From contig JAUCBJ010008319.1 in the NCBI GenBank assembly GCA_032718475.1, forward strand, positions 1-37,912: a stretch of 37,912 bases of DNA, in the 5' to 3' direction. Positions 21,290 to 32,305 of the stretch are shown here, one piece after another. Numbering within the stretch: position 1 is the first letter of the stretch; every line of letters begins with the position of its first letter. The translations under genes and the position numbers were made by a program. The DNA is from Nemertoderma westbladi. Its lineage: Eukaryota > Animalia > Xenacoelomorpha. The notes beneath the pieces are model-generated. The model ran no database searches, was not told the DNA's origin, and saw nothing but the letters and a program-made list of their open reading frames with translations.

Positions 21290-22010
21290 TATATTTTCAA
21301 TGCGATTTCTTCACCAGTGAGCCTTTCGTTAATCACCGCCAATTACCGCCCCGAGATAGGTTACTGATTTTCGGTTGGGTATGCGGTTCCCGCGACAGTA
21401 GACCTCCAGTTCGGGCGCAGTTGCAAGCCTCTGGTGTGTTCCAAAAATTCGGTCTTGGCAAAGTTATTTTTTGTTGGTTTTTGATTGTTTTCAATACACA
21501 ATTGAGAGACACTTTCCATCGTGTTAGTTAGTTAGTTAGTTGAAATTGATATATTTTCAGAGTGTGCATCACTGTGGGCCAGTCCAGTATTGTCTGCGAA
21601 TATGGGAGTTCGTGTAGCGATAGTGTATAATAGTGTATAATCTTCAATTGCTTGGGGGGCGTCGTCGGTATCGCTGATGTACATTACTCCGAGCCCGAGG
21701 ATCGTTCACTGGGGAACACGACGAGCCCGAGGATCGTTCACTGGGGAACACGACGAGCCCGAGGATCGTTCACTGGGGAACACGACGAGCCCGAGGATCG
21801 TTCACTGGGGAACACGACGAGCCCGAGGATCGTTCACTGGGGAACACGACGAGCCCGAGGATCGTTCACTGGGGAACACGAATGTCTATTTTCTTGCAGT
21901 CGGAATGAACATCTCCTATGGCAACATAAAGTTTTCGGAGTTGAAACATTTACATGTACCTTTGGATTTGGAAGTTCCTCTGACGTTAATTTGATGATAA
22001 CAGAAAACCT
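21290..22010 (-). mobile_element. Highly degenerate Crack/L2-like RT fragment
   Basis: Minus-strand frames read GDVHSDCKKIDIRVPQ*TILG, MYISD, IFADNT, AKTEFL and EVYCRGNRIPNRKSVTYLGAVI, which parallels [22 protein letters not shown] of the intact element. Confidence 0.7.
21690..21881. repeat. 32-bp minisatellite, 6 identical copies
   Basis: Unit CGAGCCCGAGGATCGTTCACTGGGGAACACGA; no spacers. Confidence 0.97.
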
Positions 22011-22029
22011 CCTATGTGTATCCTATGAA

Positions 22030-22245
22030 TATGACAAAGAGAGTCCCTGAAGAAATGAGAACAAATAAGTTAAGTTGGTCCCTGTCCCAAAGAAGGAAAA
22101 CCTAACAACCTATGAATCTTTTCGTGGAATCTCGTTAATCTCGATTGCTGCAAACTGGCAAAGCTATACAACAGAATTACATTAAATCGCATCACAACAT
22201 CAGGGATCCTGTTGAGTGACTGTTACGTGTTACGTGGAAATCAGA
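22030..22245 (+). mobile_element. Old RTE fragment related to the 25.5-kb copy
   Basis: Nucleotide similarity to 25525-25705 (gagtccc.gaagaaatgagaacaaataagtt...cccaaagaagg...atctcgattgctgcaaa...cagggatcc), with small duplications. Confidence 0.8.
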
Positions 22246-22744
22246 TGTGGATGATATAGCAAATGTCATGGGATGTTCCTGTGTTCGATGATAGCCATTA
22301 AGCCATTAGCCAATAGTGTAACATGATGTAGCCAACATATTTCAAGAGCATTGCTACAGTACAGTACACCATTCGATTACCTATACAACGTAAATCTGTA
22401 GTTAGTTAGTTAGTTGATTGTATAATATCTGAAATTATACCGCACTAAATGAAGTAGTAGGCCTAATCATAATTCAAATCTACAATAAAACGTAATAATC
22501 ATTAGCACTAGTGTAAAATATATATACTTGCAAAGGATTTGCCGTAGCCGCAGTACTTCAACAGATTAAATATGGAAATATATAAATATAGATACGTATA
22601 ATAAATATGAATGAATAAATAAATATGGTACAATACAATATTAGGCTGAAAATTTATAAAAATATCAAAATATGGGAGTCATTAATTATACCGTATGTAA
22701 TAATAATATATTGTAATCCGTAGGATATAAACGTTAAACGCATA

Positions 22745-24287
22745 TTAAATTTCAAGGCGGTCTAATAAATCGTTAATGTAAGACATCGCAGCACAAACGC
22801 TGTTACTATTAAGTATAGAATTCACAGTGCCATAGTCAACGGAAGTGTGGCGCGTTCTGAGTGCTGAAGTGAAAGTGCATTCGCACAAAACATGTGCTTC
22901 GGTCTGATGGTTACCACACTTACATGCGGCGATCGTATGGTACACGATTCCACCGACCAACCTCAACACTCAGGCTAGTAGATAATATTCGAAAGCGAGT
23001 CCATGACTTGCGCCTGCGGTGTGACTCTACAATTCGTTGTATTGGGTGAGTGTAAATCAAAGGTGTTGTGAGGGTAGGGTTGAAAGACCTATATACTGTA
23101 CCTTGTGTAGGCATTGGTACCAATTGTGGAGCCTATTTCTGCCCTTTTGCTAACAGCGGGATCATCCGCTCGGTTCAACAGCTTACAAATGGCCTTCCCC
23201 ATGGGTGTCCTAGCCTCGCAAACCAAATTAATTGCAAAAACGGCTGGTTTGTGCAAATCCTTGCGTTTCATTATTCTAAGTAAAAGGCTACGTTGGCCAC
23301 TAGTAAATAAAGCTACTGGTTCTGACTGTCCAGATGCAATATATAACAGATCTCTACAGACATTATCACGCACACCTAATGCGGCGCAGAGTAGGTTATT
23401 GTAGTGCACTGCGGTTTGGGGTGCTGAATTACCAACCCAAGTATCACACCCGTAACATACAGCAGATACCACTGCAGCACGAAATACCTTCAATTTGACA
23501 CTAAGGGGCGCTTCGGAATGCTTAGCTAGAAAATCGAAGTATTTGTTTACATGTTTTAACTTACTAGTGATATGCATATCTATTACAGATGTTAAGGACC
23601 CATATTGAGTTATTGGAAAACCTAAATATATATATAAGACTCACAGTTATTTATGGCAACAGTACCGTATTAATTGTTGTTAACAATAATATCGGTTTTA
23701 TCAATCGATATGCAATTTCCAAGCACCATAAATTTGGTCTTCTTGAGATTTAAGACCATACCAGACTGGGCACAAAAATTCAATAAAATATTCAACTTTT
23801 CTATACAACGAATTATGGAGTCATCCATAAGAATGAGTGAGTGTAACCAATCTAAAAACCGATCTGGCAAGCAACAATGAAGCATACGAATTAGTTGATT
23901 AATAAAAAAGGTGAATAAAAAGCAACTACTGGGAGATCCCTGTAAAACGCCAGTATTCGTATTAATAAAAACGGAACCTTAAATGCATTTGTTACCGCTA
24001 TAGAGACAGATTAACGCATTTAACATTGTGGCTCCACAGCCCATCCGCTCTTCAGCAATTTAAATAGTTTTCCTCGGGGTACTTTATCAGGTTACATAGG
24101 CAAAGGCAGTTGTAAAATCAATGAACACCATAATATAATTTTAATTTCTTACACACTACATAATCTATAAGTAATCGTGAGGTCTGAACAAGACCGATAT
24201 TGTGGGGCCCCTGCCTGCTCTGTGTCTGGTGTAAACCAACATCGCAGCCGTTTAGCTAAAATGCTATCATACAAACGGACTATAGAA
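22745..24287 (-). mobile_element. Degenerate RTEX-like LINE, RT and C-terminal part
   Basis: Reads LYDSILAKRLRCWFTPDTEQAG, GVLQGSPSSCFLF, LILMDDS, LNLKKTKFM, VKLKVFRAAVVSAVCYGCDTW, RFRILSTSLSVEVGRW, and zinc knuckle-like CKCGNHQTEAHVLCEC. Confidence 0.8.
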
Positions 24288-25033
24288 CATAGCCTCTTTT
24301 AAGAATTTTTTACTGGGCGGCACAGTCACTCGCCATGGCAAATTGTATGAGTGGGGGGGGGGGGGGGGGGGTGAATTTGATACACATTATAAATGTGTGT
24401 GAACGAAAAACTATTAAGCATACTGTAATATATTGTTTATTGACAATAATGGATATAATTTCTATAAGAAGCAACAACTAATTTTACAAAACTTAATTAA
24501 ATCATTATTTTACATAAATATTAAATTATAATAGAAAATGTGGCACCTATACCGGAAATTCAGAGGTGGTTAAAACAGGTTTGATAACAAAATTAATAAT
24601 TATACAATTATTTCCGAATATTTTTAACAATAAGGCCAGCTAGAAAGAAAATAATAACATTAGATTACATTACACTAAAAATTAAATGAAACCAATAATA
24701 AATTCAATTTATTGCATCATAAAATATAGCCATTTATATTTCAATATAATAGATGTAACATTAAAGATACATTAATTCAATTACATGTACATACCTGTAT
24801 TACATTTACAATTTATATTTAATAGGTGAGAAAATGCCATACACAGCCCAATCAAAAATTAATTAATTATCTATAAGGTAAGAAATAAAATTTAATAATT
24901 ATATACTATTTGAAAAAACTGCTTTCTCTCTAAAAGTTTTACAAATTTATTAGTGATATAAAGTAACTTGTTTTCGCTTGAAAAATTGCAAAAAATTGCA
25001 AAATTATTGAAAATAAGTGTCTGATACCATTTG

Positions 25034-25467
25034 AAGGAAAGGAGCAGATTACAGAGGCTGCCGGCTTTTCTAACCAAAACAATAAACGATATTTCGATAA
25101 CGGAACAAGCTATTAACAAACAGACTTCAGATTTGGAATTCTGATGAAATGTTGCTCTAGATGAAATGAAAAAAAAATCGGTATTAAGGATCGGGAGATT
25201 AAAATCGGTGGTAAGGTTATTAATGTGTAGAAAATAGGAGGTACCTGTAGTATGCACCAAATTTATTTGAGCCGGAAATTGTAATATTATAAAGCCAGAT
25301 AGAGGGGAGGGGGGGGGGGGACTGGATGCAATAAAAATTCATCCCTCTCCAGGGGAAATTCGACGCAAATAACAGCTGATTACTCTCAAAAATAAAACTG
25401 TAAACTGTTTTGTTTAGTTTATTGTTTTGGTTAAAATAACATGCCACTGTAACCTGCTCATTTCCCT
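25034..25467. mobile_element. MITE with ~55-bp imperfect TIRs (same family as the 28698 terminus)
   Basis: Left end GGAAAGGAGCAGATTACAGAGG...AACCAAAACAATAAAC; right end is the inverted GTTTATTGTTTTGGTT...CTGTAACCTGCTCATTTCC. A further right-end copy lies at ~27007-27047. Confidence 0.65.
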
Positions 25468-25507
25468 AAATTGATAATTTAACTGAGGCGGGATATTAAC
25501 AGGATAT

Positions 25508-26967
25508 TAGACATGTACCGAACAACAAGAGTCCCACAAGAAATGAAAACAAATAAGTTGGTGCCAGTTCCCAAGAAGGGCAACCTAACACTCTATGGTT
25601 CTTTTCGGGGAATCTCATTGATCTCGATTGCTGCAAAGCTATACAATAGGATTCTATTAAATCGCATCAGGGATCCCATTGAGAGACTGCTCCGTGGAAA
25701 TCAGAATGGGTTCCGTAAAGGTCGTGGGACCATGGAGCCCATTTTGGCACTTAGAAGGATAATTGAAGAATTATCAAAAAAGAAAGACAGGCATCTGGCT
25801 GTTATCTTTGTTGACTTCTTCAAGGCCTTTGATTCAGTCTCTCGGTCACGTATGTTCAGCATACTTTCATTATATGGGATTCCTGATGAAATTATTGCAG
25901 CAATCAGATCAGTATACGATGGTTCGACAACATTTGTGTCTACTGTTGACGGTGACACAGAACCATTTGAAGTGTTATGGGGCGTCCTCCAAGGAGACAC
26001 ACTTGCACCATTCTTGTTCATTATTGTGGTTGACTATGTTCTACGCATGTCCTTAGATCATCATAATGATGATGGGGTGATGATAACTCCACCTACTGGC
26101 TCCAGAAGTCGAGGAAATCCTGCCAAGTACCTAACTGATCTAGACTTTGCTGATGACTTCGGAGTACTCTCAGAATCATTAGAGGGAGCCCAACGGCTCC
26201 TCAGCTCATTAGAACATGCTGCTTCTAGTGTTGGTCTTTTTATTAACTCCAGAAAGACCAAAATTCTGACAGTTAACTTTGAAAGTCCTCAGCAAGTCTC
26301 TGATCGGATGAGCATAAGCTCAAAGGATGGTATGCTTGAGCATGTGGACGACTTCTGTTACCTGGGATCATGGATCCGGAAGTCAGGTGAGGACCTTCGA
26401 ATACGTAAGGGAAAGGCATGGGCAGCCTTGAATAGGCTTTCCAGGATTTGGAAGTCACCTAGAATTAATCGGAAACTTAAGGTCCGATTATTTAGAGCAG
26501 CAGTAGTTCCAGTACTCCTCTACGGGAGTCCATGCTGGGCTCTAACTGCTGAGGACACCAAATCTCTGGATGGCACATTCACAAGAATGCTACGCCGGGT
26601 ACATTGTGTCAAGTACAATGCAAACATCTCCAACCAGACACTATATAACATTGGAGGTGTCTCATTGGTTCCCCCAAGCTTGACACTAGAACAAAATCGC
26701 CTCCGTTTTGCAGGACATTGCTTTCGCCGTGAGGACCAGCCAGTGCATAATCTTGTACTTTGGCAGCCTCATGGAGTGAATAAGCATGGTGGACAGCCCA
26801 TGACTTTCTTGAGGCGCATCTTAAAGGACACTGGCCTTAAAGATGCGGATGATCTAGCAAATGTCATGGGTGATAGGGAGTTGTGGCGGTGCAATTTTGT
26901 TGACAAGCCGGCACAGCATTCTTAAAAATGCAGCTGCAATGCAGCATGCCGATCCTAGTAGTAGTAG
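25508..26967 (+). mobile_element. 5'-truncated RTE-clade LINE; open 470-aa RT/C-terminal frame (25513-26925) and (TAG)n tail
   Basis: Motifs VPVPKKG, FRGISL, QNGFR, FVDFFKAFDS, GVLQGDTLAPFLF, LDFADD, FCYLGS and RLRFAGHCFR; short 3' UTR ending gatccTAGTAGTAGTAG; no APE domain. Confidence 0.93.
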
Positions 26968-27635
26968 CGCTAATTTCTGTCTTATAAGCTGTACATATAC
27001 TAATTCGTTTATTGTTTTGGTTAGATTCAACCCGTCTGTAACCTGTGTTTTTTGTGAAAACCTGATATTCTTCACATGGGGGTAACTGCAAAGTGAAATA
27101 TAACGGCAGAAAGTCTGGTATTCTACACATGGGCCTAAATATACTTATTAAAAATAATATAATTAAATTTATAAGAAAAATAATATCAGTATCATAAATA
27201 AATAAATAAATATACAGTATCATAAAAATCATTATTAAAACTTAATAAATTATTATTAATAAAATAATAATAGTATTATTATAATTATATCAAATTATTA
27301 ATAAATGTACATAGACGAACCCTAATTAAGTAGTTAAACACTTAATTTTCAAAACCAATTTATTACATAATAAAGCAATGATGCAATGTAAGCCCTGCCG
27401 TCTCGGGGTAGTTTATAATGACTAATAAACTTCTAAATCTCTCCTGAATACTAATAGTAACATATACTGAAAACTGACTACTCTTAACAGGGGTAGGGGG
27501 TTAAAGGTGCCAGACAGGTAAGTATGGTGATAGCAAGCAGCCTTGGAAGTTGGAACTATCCAATATCCATCTGAGGCACCAATTAACTGCAGTAAGCCTA
27601 TCAGCAATCTATAGACATCTACACAATGATTGGAC

Positions 27636-27676
27636 CAAAGGCGCGACCTTTACTAACATTAGTAAAGGTCGCATTG
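27636..27676. mobile_element. 41-bp palindromic micro-element (CAA...TTG ends) with candidate 8-bp TSD
   Basis: GCGACCTTTACTAA-CA-TTAGTAAAGGTCGC core; flanks GATTGGAC and GGTTGGAC (7/8 match). Confidence 0.55.
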
Positions 27677-27942
27677 GGTTGGACACTGACTCATCCCTCC
27701 ACTACTACTACTACTACTGTACTATGGCTATCACCCATTGAAGTCTCTGTGCTGTCAATCACTTATTCCTTTAGAAGTTTATGTAGGTACTTTACCGGGA
27801 TTGATACATATTAGATTGGTCGCTGGCTGAGGCTAGTCCAGATATAATATATTAGGAAGGCACTCTGGCTGTGACTGGGCGGCAAATTGATTCAACTGGG
27901 CGGCACTTGTGCCGCCTAGTGGCAAAGTTAAACGAGGCTATG

Positions 27943-28690
27943 TATACCATCCGGTCCAGATGCTTTGGAGTCTTTCATGGCCTGTAAGCCATCGCGAACC
28001 TCCTGGGTTGATATGGGTTTATCCAAGACAGGGATATACGGACTTCCCTTCACGCTAACATGACCCTCATTGATGGCTGAGTTTAACAGGGTTTCAAAAT
28101 GGATCCGAAACTCATCCTCTCCTGGTTTGGCACCCTGCTTATAGTCGAGAATGTTCCCCGACCACCCAACTCGTCTCCAAATGGCCGCTGGATCACCATC
28201 GTGGAGGAGGAAATCCCACCTTAGGTCATCCCGCCTCCAAGCAGAATCGCCCTCAGCAAGCGAAGGACCTGGTAGCCGATTTCCGGGTGGCGTGTCGGTA
28301 GGATCCTGTTTACCGATGCCGCACCGATACTGAATTTTGGAAGTTTCTGATAATCGAATCTAGCGATTGCGATTCATCCGGTGGAGGGTCGCTGAGTGAT
28401 TCGAGGAAAGCGGAACGGTTAATATTCGATGATTTAATGGGTTTTTCACAAATACGAGGATCAGCGCTGTCCCCATACTTACATAGTTGCATCGAGCACT
28501 CTGCCAATCGAAATCGATGATTATATCACGTCTAATTGCCATTGTGCTTCCATTCTGTAAAATTTGAATATTTATCGGGTTGTGCATTTGGGATAGTTAA
28601 ATTGTTAGCTATTGGATTCGCCTAAATGGACCTAACGCTCTTTGGTACCTAACGCGACTTTACCTCTTTGTTTTGTACAGGTCCCATTGC
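27943..28690 (-). mobile_element. Degenerate RTEX-like LINE, pre-RT part (upstream half of 22745-24287)
   Basis: Reads RWDFLLHDGDPAAIWRRVGWSG, KPGEDEFRIHFETLLN and PYIPVLDKPISTQEV...KASGPDGI. Confidence 0.78.
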
Positions 28691-28697
28691 CATTTAA

Positions 28698-29935
28698 AGG
28701 AGCAGGTTAGTAAAGGAGCAGAGGCATTACAGAGGCGTGTTCGGGGAACCAAAACAATAAACGAAATTTAACACATGTTACAAGATTATGCAGGTTACTT
28801 AATTAGCTCATTGGTTTTTGTTTTATATAACTACTCAATTAATTGTATTGATTTATAACTACAATTTATATTCAATATGATCCTCACAGAAGTAGATACG
28901 CGTACTTAAGTTTGGGTTCTCGGCATCATGTCTCCTAGATTTGGTGAACCACAGCTTTCTTATTTTTATTCCACGCGGAACACTTACAAATATCTTCTCC
29001 TGACATTTGGTGGAATTATTGGGGCATTTTGGCACACCGCAATATTTTGTCGTACGAACCCCGCTACATTACGTGAGCGTCTTTAGGCATTTGCGACCTT
29101 GTCAATAATTATTATATATTTGCTATCTCTTTATTTGATGTATTTTAGTGGATATATTATTTTTAGTATAAACGCAGCTACTGTCCGTAATAATGTGCTG
29201 TAGTAGGCCAATATATTTTGAGTTAGCTATTCAACTGAAATATGGGTTAGCTACAACTGAACTGTTCTAGAAATATTGATAACTATCAATGCTATTTGGA
29301 ATTCAATAATTTAACTTGTATAAAAATAATTGCAATCGAAAAAGTGCGAATCCGCAATCTAATCCAAAGTAATCTAAGTTTTGAAGCTTAATAAAACATC
29401 AATAAAGCTACTAGATTACTACCACCTTGCAGTTTTAGCTATATAATATGTTTTATTTTTATAGCTAACAACTGTATAGTTTGGGACAAATAAATATTAT
29501 TCTGGAATAATTAACTTGTTACTGTATGAATCAATTGCCGCCATAAAGATATCAAATAATATATTCTTAACACTCTACACCATGACACAAAAACAACACA
29601 AAAACACACTAAATATTACCTACACTATTTATTTTAATTACTAAGAAAGAGATTTATATTGTATAGTAACCATAGTGAACATTTACTGCTGCACTAGTGA
29701 CGTCACTCGTGCAGTTTTCTGAAACGACTTGATTTTTCGATGTTGCTAATTTTCCGTTTTAAAATCGCTATAACTCTACCAATGTTATTTTTTAAAAGTG
29801 AAATTGCAAAAGTTTTGTAAAGGGTACATATTTATATTTTTTATCCTGGTACTTCTTACTTATAGAATTAGAACGGTATAGCTTTGCATTATTTTTATAG
29901 CTCACTATAGGTCGATACACCTCTGTATTATCTCA
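28698..29935 (-). mobile_element. Degenerate Kolobok-like DNA transposon with THAP-domain relic
   Basis: TTAA|AGGAGCAG left end; THAP-like YCGVPKCPNNSTKCQEKIFVSVP...RKLW...RR.../YFCEDH at 29044-28877 (frameshifted); GTGACGTCAC palindrome at ~29700; decayed right TIR (cctctgta) near 29920. Confidence 0.65.
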
Positions 29936-30832
29936 TATTTTGTTCGGTATAGATTACTATTATTTTGTTATTCGCTACATTCGTTACATCGCCCGCTATT
30001 GGTCCGTATTGTTCTTTAATATATCGTTATTGATCGGTATAGGTCGGTAATGCATTCTATCATAATATCCTTATAACTCATTCTGGTCGATTCATATCTT
30101 GTTGTAGCTCGATATAGGTCGGTATTGCATTATATCATCTCCTCATAGCTCATTCTACAGTAGGTGATTCTTAGGTCATTCTAGATCATTCTAGCTCATT
30201 CTATTTTTTAGCATGTACCCTGTTGGACACCATGAACAAGAGCAAAATGCCGTACAGTAGTTATTTGGTTGACAGGATGTATCAGAAAAAGGCCCACCTG
30301 CAACTTAGCGGCGGTAAGAAAGACAACTGGGGTGTACAACAGTACACTACAGTAGGCTGTGGGGAGTATAAATCTGTGCGATGATAAGAAGGCGATATCA
30401 CTGTACAATTATAATTCCAACCTGGACTCCAAGCATTGAGGTGGCTGTACGTAATTTGAGACGCTGGCAAATTTGCATTAATTTTACAGTGCATACTGTA
30501 CAAGTACATATGTTCAATGATTTGTGAAGATGAGGAGATACTGTATGGCATGCCCGAATAGATAGTTGAAACTAACTTTGTTTATGGGCTAAATTTCATG
30601 TAGTAGCGCTTCCGGTATTCAAAATTCGGTATTAATATTTGTTGAAACAATATCATATTATGTAGGCCTACTGTATTACTCTTACAATTATTATTTTAGT
30701 TTTTTTCTTTTCAAACCGTTGAACCAAAATACTGTAGTGTTATTAAGTTTACAACAAAATCATCTCGCATTCAAAATGGCATCTCGCCTCGAGAATGACA
30801 TGTGCTGTGCATTTGACCAGAACGGCGCCCCA

Positions 30833-31245
30833 TACCAGCTTCTATTGTTGGTCTATTTGTTAACTCCAAGAAGAGCAAAATGTTGACGGTTAACTTCGAC
30901 AGTCCGCAGGAAATGTGCTTTTTGCCTGTCAGTGGATGACATCTGCTACCTGGAATTATGGATCCGGGAGCCCGGGATACGGGAGGGAGTCAGGTGAAAA
31001 CCTTCTGATACGCAAGGGGAAGAATGGAGGATGAAGGGGAGGAATGGGCTCTTCTATACATTATATGGGTTTTCCAGGTTTTGGAACTCACATAAGATAC
31101 GTGAGAAACTTAATGTTAGACTATTTAGAGCAGCAGTAGAAACAGTACTCCTACTTTATATGAGAGTCCATGCTGAGCTCTAACTGCTAAGGATATCAAA
31201 TATCTGGATGGCACATTCACAACAATTCTACGTCGGGTTCACTGT
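30833..31245 (+). mobile_element. Old RTE fragment (post-YADD region)
   Basis: Nucleotide similarity to 26220-26607 (gcttcta.tgttggtct..., tatttagagcagcagtag, ctggatggcacattcacaa). Confidence 0.8.
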
Positions 31246-31828
31246 AAAATATATATCAGTTTACTTTAAACAAAAATAAAATTGTATCCTCAGCTAATAG
31301 ACTCCCGTTTATTGTTTTTATTATGATTGTTTTCGATTCGGGATAAATGTTTTTAAAGGGATTTAGCCAGGGCGCATCTCTGCCTTGCATGTTAGCCAAT
31401 GAGTACCAGTTTTCTCTGGGGGTATAGTTCTGGGGGGGGGGGGGGTCGAAATAAGTTGTCCGTGGGCTATAGGCCGAAGAAACTATATTATTTTTCTTTT
31501 GCTTTCCTTTTTGAATGTTCATATATATTATTATATATCATATATATTATTAGTGATGTTGCTTTTTGAAGTGTAATTAAAATGTACTTAAAAGTTGATT
31601 AAATATACTGTAACTGCCTGTTCCAAACAAGGACATGAAATTCGGACACATGGAATTCGGGATTGTTTTTTGTATTCGAGTCGAGGCAAAATTGGCCGCC
31701 ACCAAACATGTTACAACTGTAATTTATTTATATTAAGATTGATGTCTCTAATTCGTACATACATGCGCAGTAGGCCTACTGTACATCATCGATCTGTAGG
31801 CTAACTATGGTGCGATACAGGCGGTAAT

Positions 31829-32206
31829 TCAAAAAAAGCTATCACTTTTTATCATATTCTTGGAAAACTCTTGTTTGTCTATAACTCCATCGCCGTTATC
31901 ATCAGCCTGCTTAATACCCTTAACAACTTCCTTTTCTACTTCCTTGTAGACCTCCCGACTTCCTATGACCCCGGTGTAAAACGCTGCGAATTCATCTTTG
32001 TCCGCCAACCCATCGTTTGATGTATCGACAACGTCAAATATTTTGCTTATTTGTTCGTCCGAAATTGACACTTTGCCAGTTTTCATTTTATTAATTTCAT
32101 CTATAGTGATTACCCCACTGCTGTCGATATCCATAGCGATGAATATAAATTCAATCAGTGATGGTTGAATGGGAGAATTGATTTTAGATAGAAAGTCCAT
32201 TGTATC
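31829..32206 (-). CDS. Secreted EF-hand Ca2+-binding protein, exon 2
   Basis: Acceptor ttattatattttAG|GAT at 32207/32206, phase 0 and in frame with the 123-aa ORF; three 12-residue loops DIDSSGVITIDE, DTSNDGLADKDE, DDNGDGVIDKQE. Confidence 0.82.
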   Translation of the reverse strand, partial: DTMDFLSKINSPIQPSLIEFIFIAMDIDSSGVITIDEINKMKTGKVSISDEQISKIFDVVDTSNDGLADKDEFAAFYTGVIGSREVYKEVEKEVVKGIKQADDNGDGVIDKQEFSKNMIKSDSFF

Positions 32207-32305
32207 CTAAAATATAATAATAATTTCATGTCATTTGTGAGTGTTTTATTCAAACAAATATACTGTACAGTATAAATATTCGTACACAAATCCTTCCTAA
32301 TGTTA

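Larger units (their letters stand above)
24288..27942. mobile_element. Non-autonomous hAT-like DNA transposon inserted in the RTEX element, carrying nested inserts
   Basis: Inverted termini CATAGCCTCTTTTAA / TTAAACGAGGCTATG with subterminal ACTGGGCGGCA repeats at both ends. It separates two collinear RTEX pieces; no matching TSD. Confidence 0.7.

Noticed and set aside
21690-21881. CRISPR-like 32-bp repeats (the 31-bp and 64-bp arrays were also considered)
   Set aside because: Units are contiguous with no unique spacers, there are no cas genes, and the context is eukaryotic.
21652-22050. ORFs of 132 and 105 aa with repeated peptides
   Set aside because: Translations of the 32-bp minisatellite.
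30200-30560. Possible Cys-rich exon (GPFSDTSCQPNNYCTAFCSCSWCPTGY) after ttgcAG, and nearby short ORFs
   Set aside because: No partner exon, donor or recognisable domain; could be chance or a relic.
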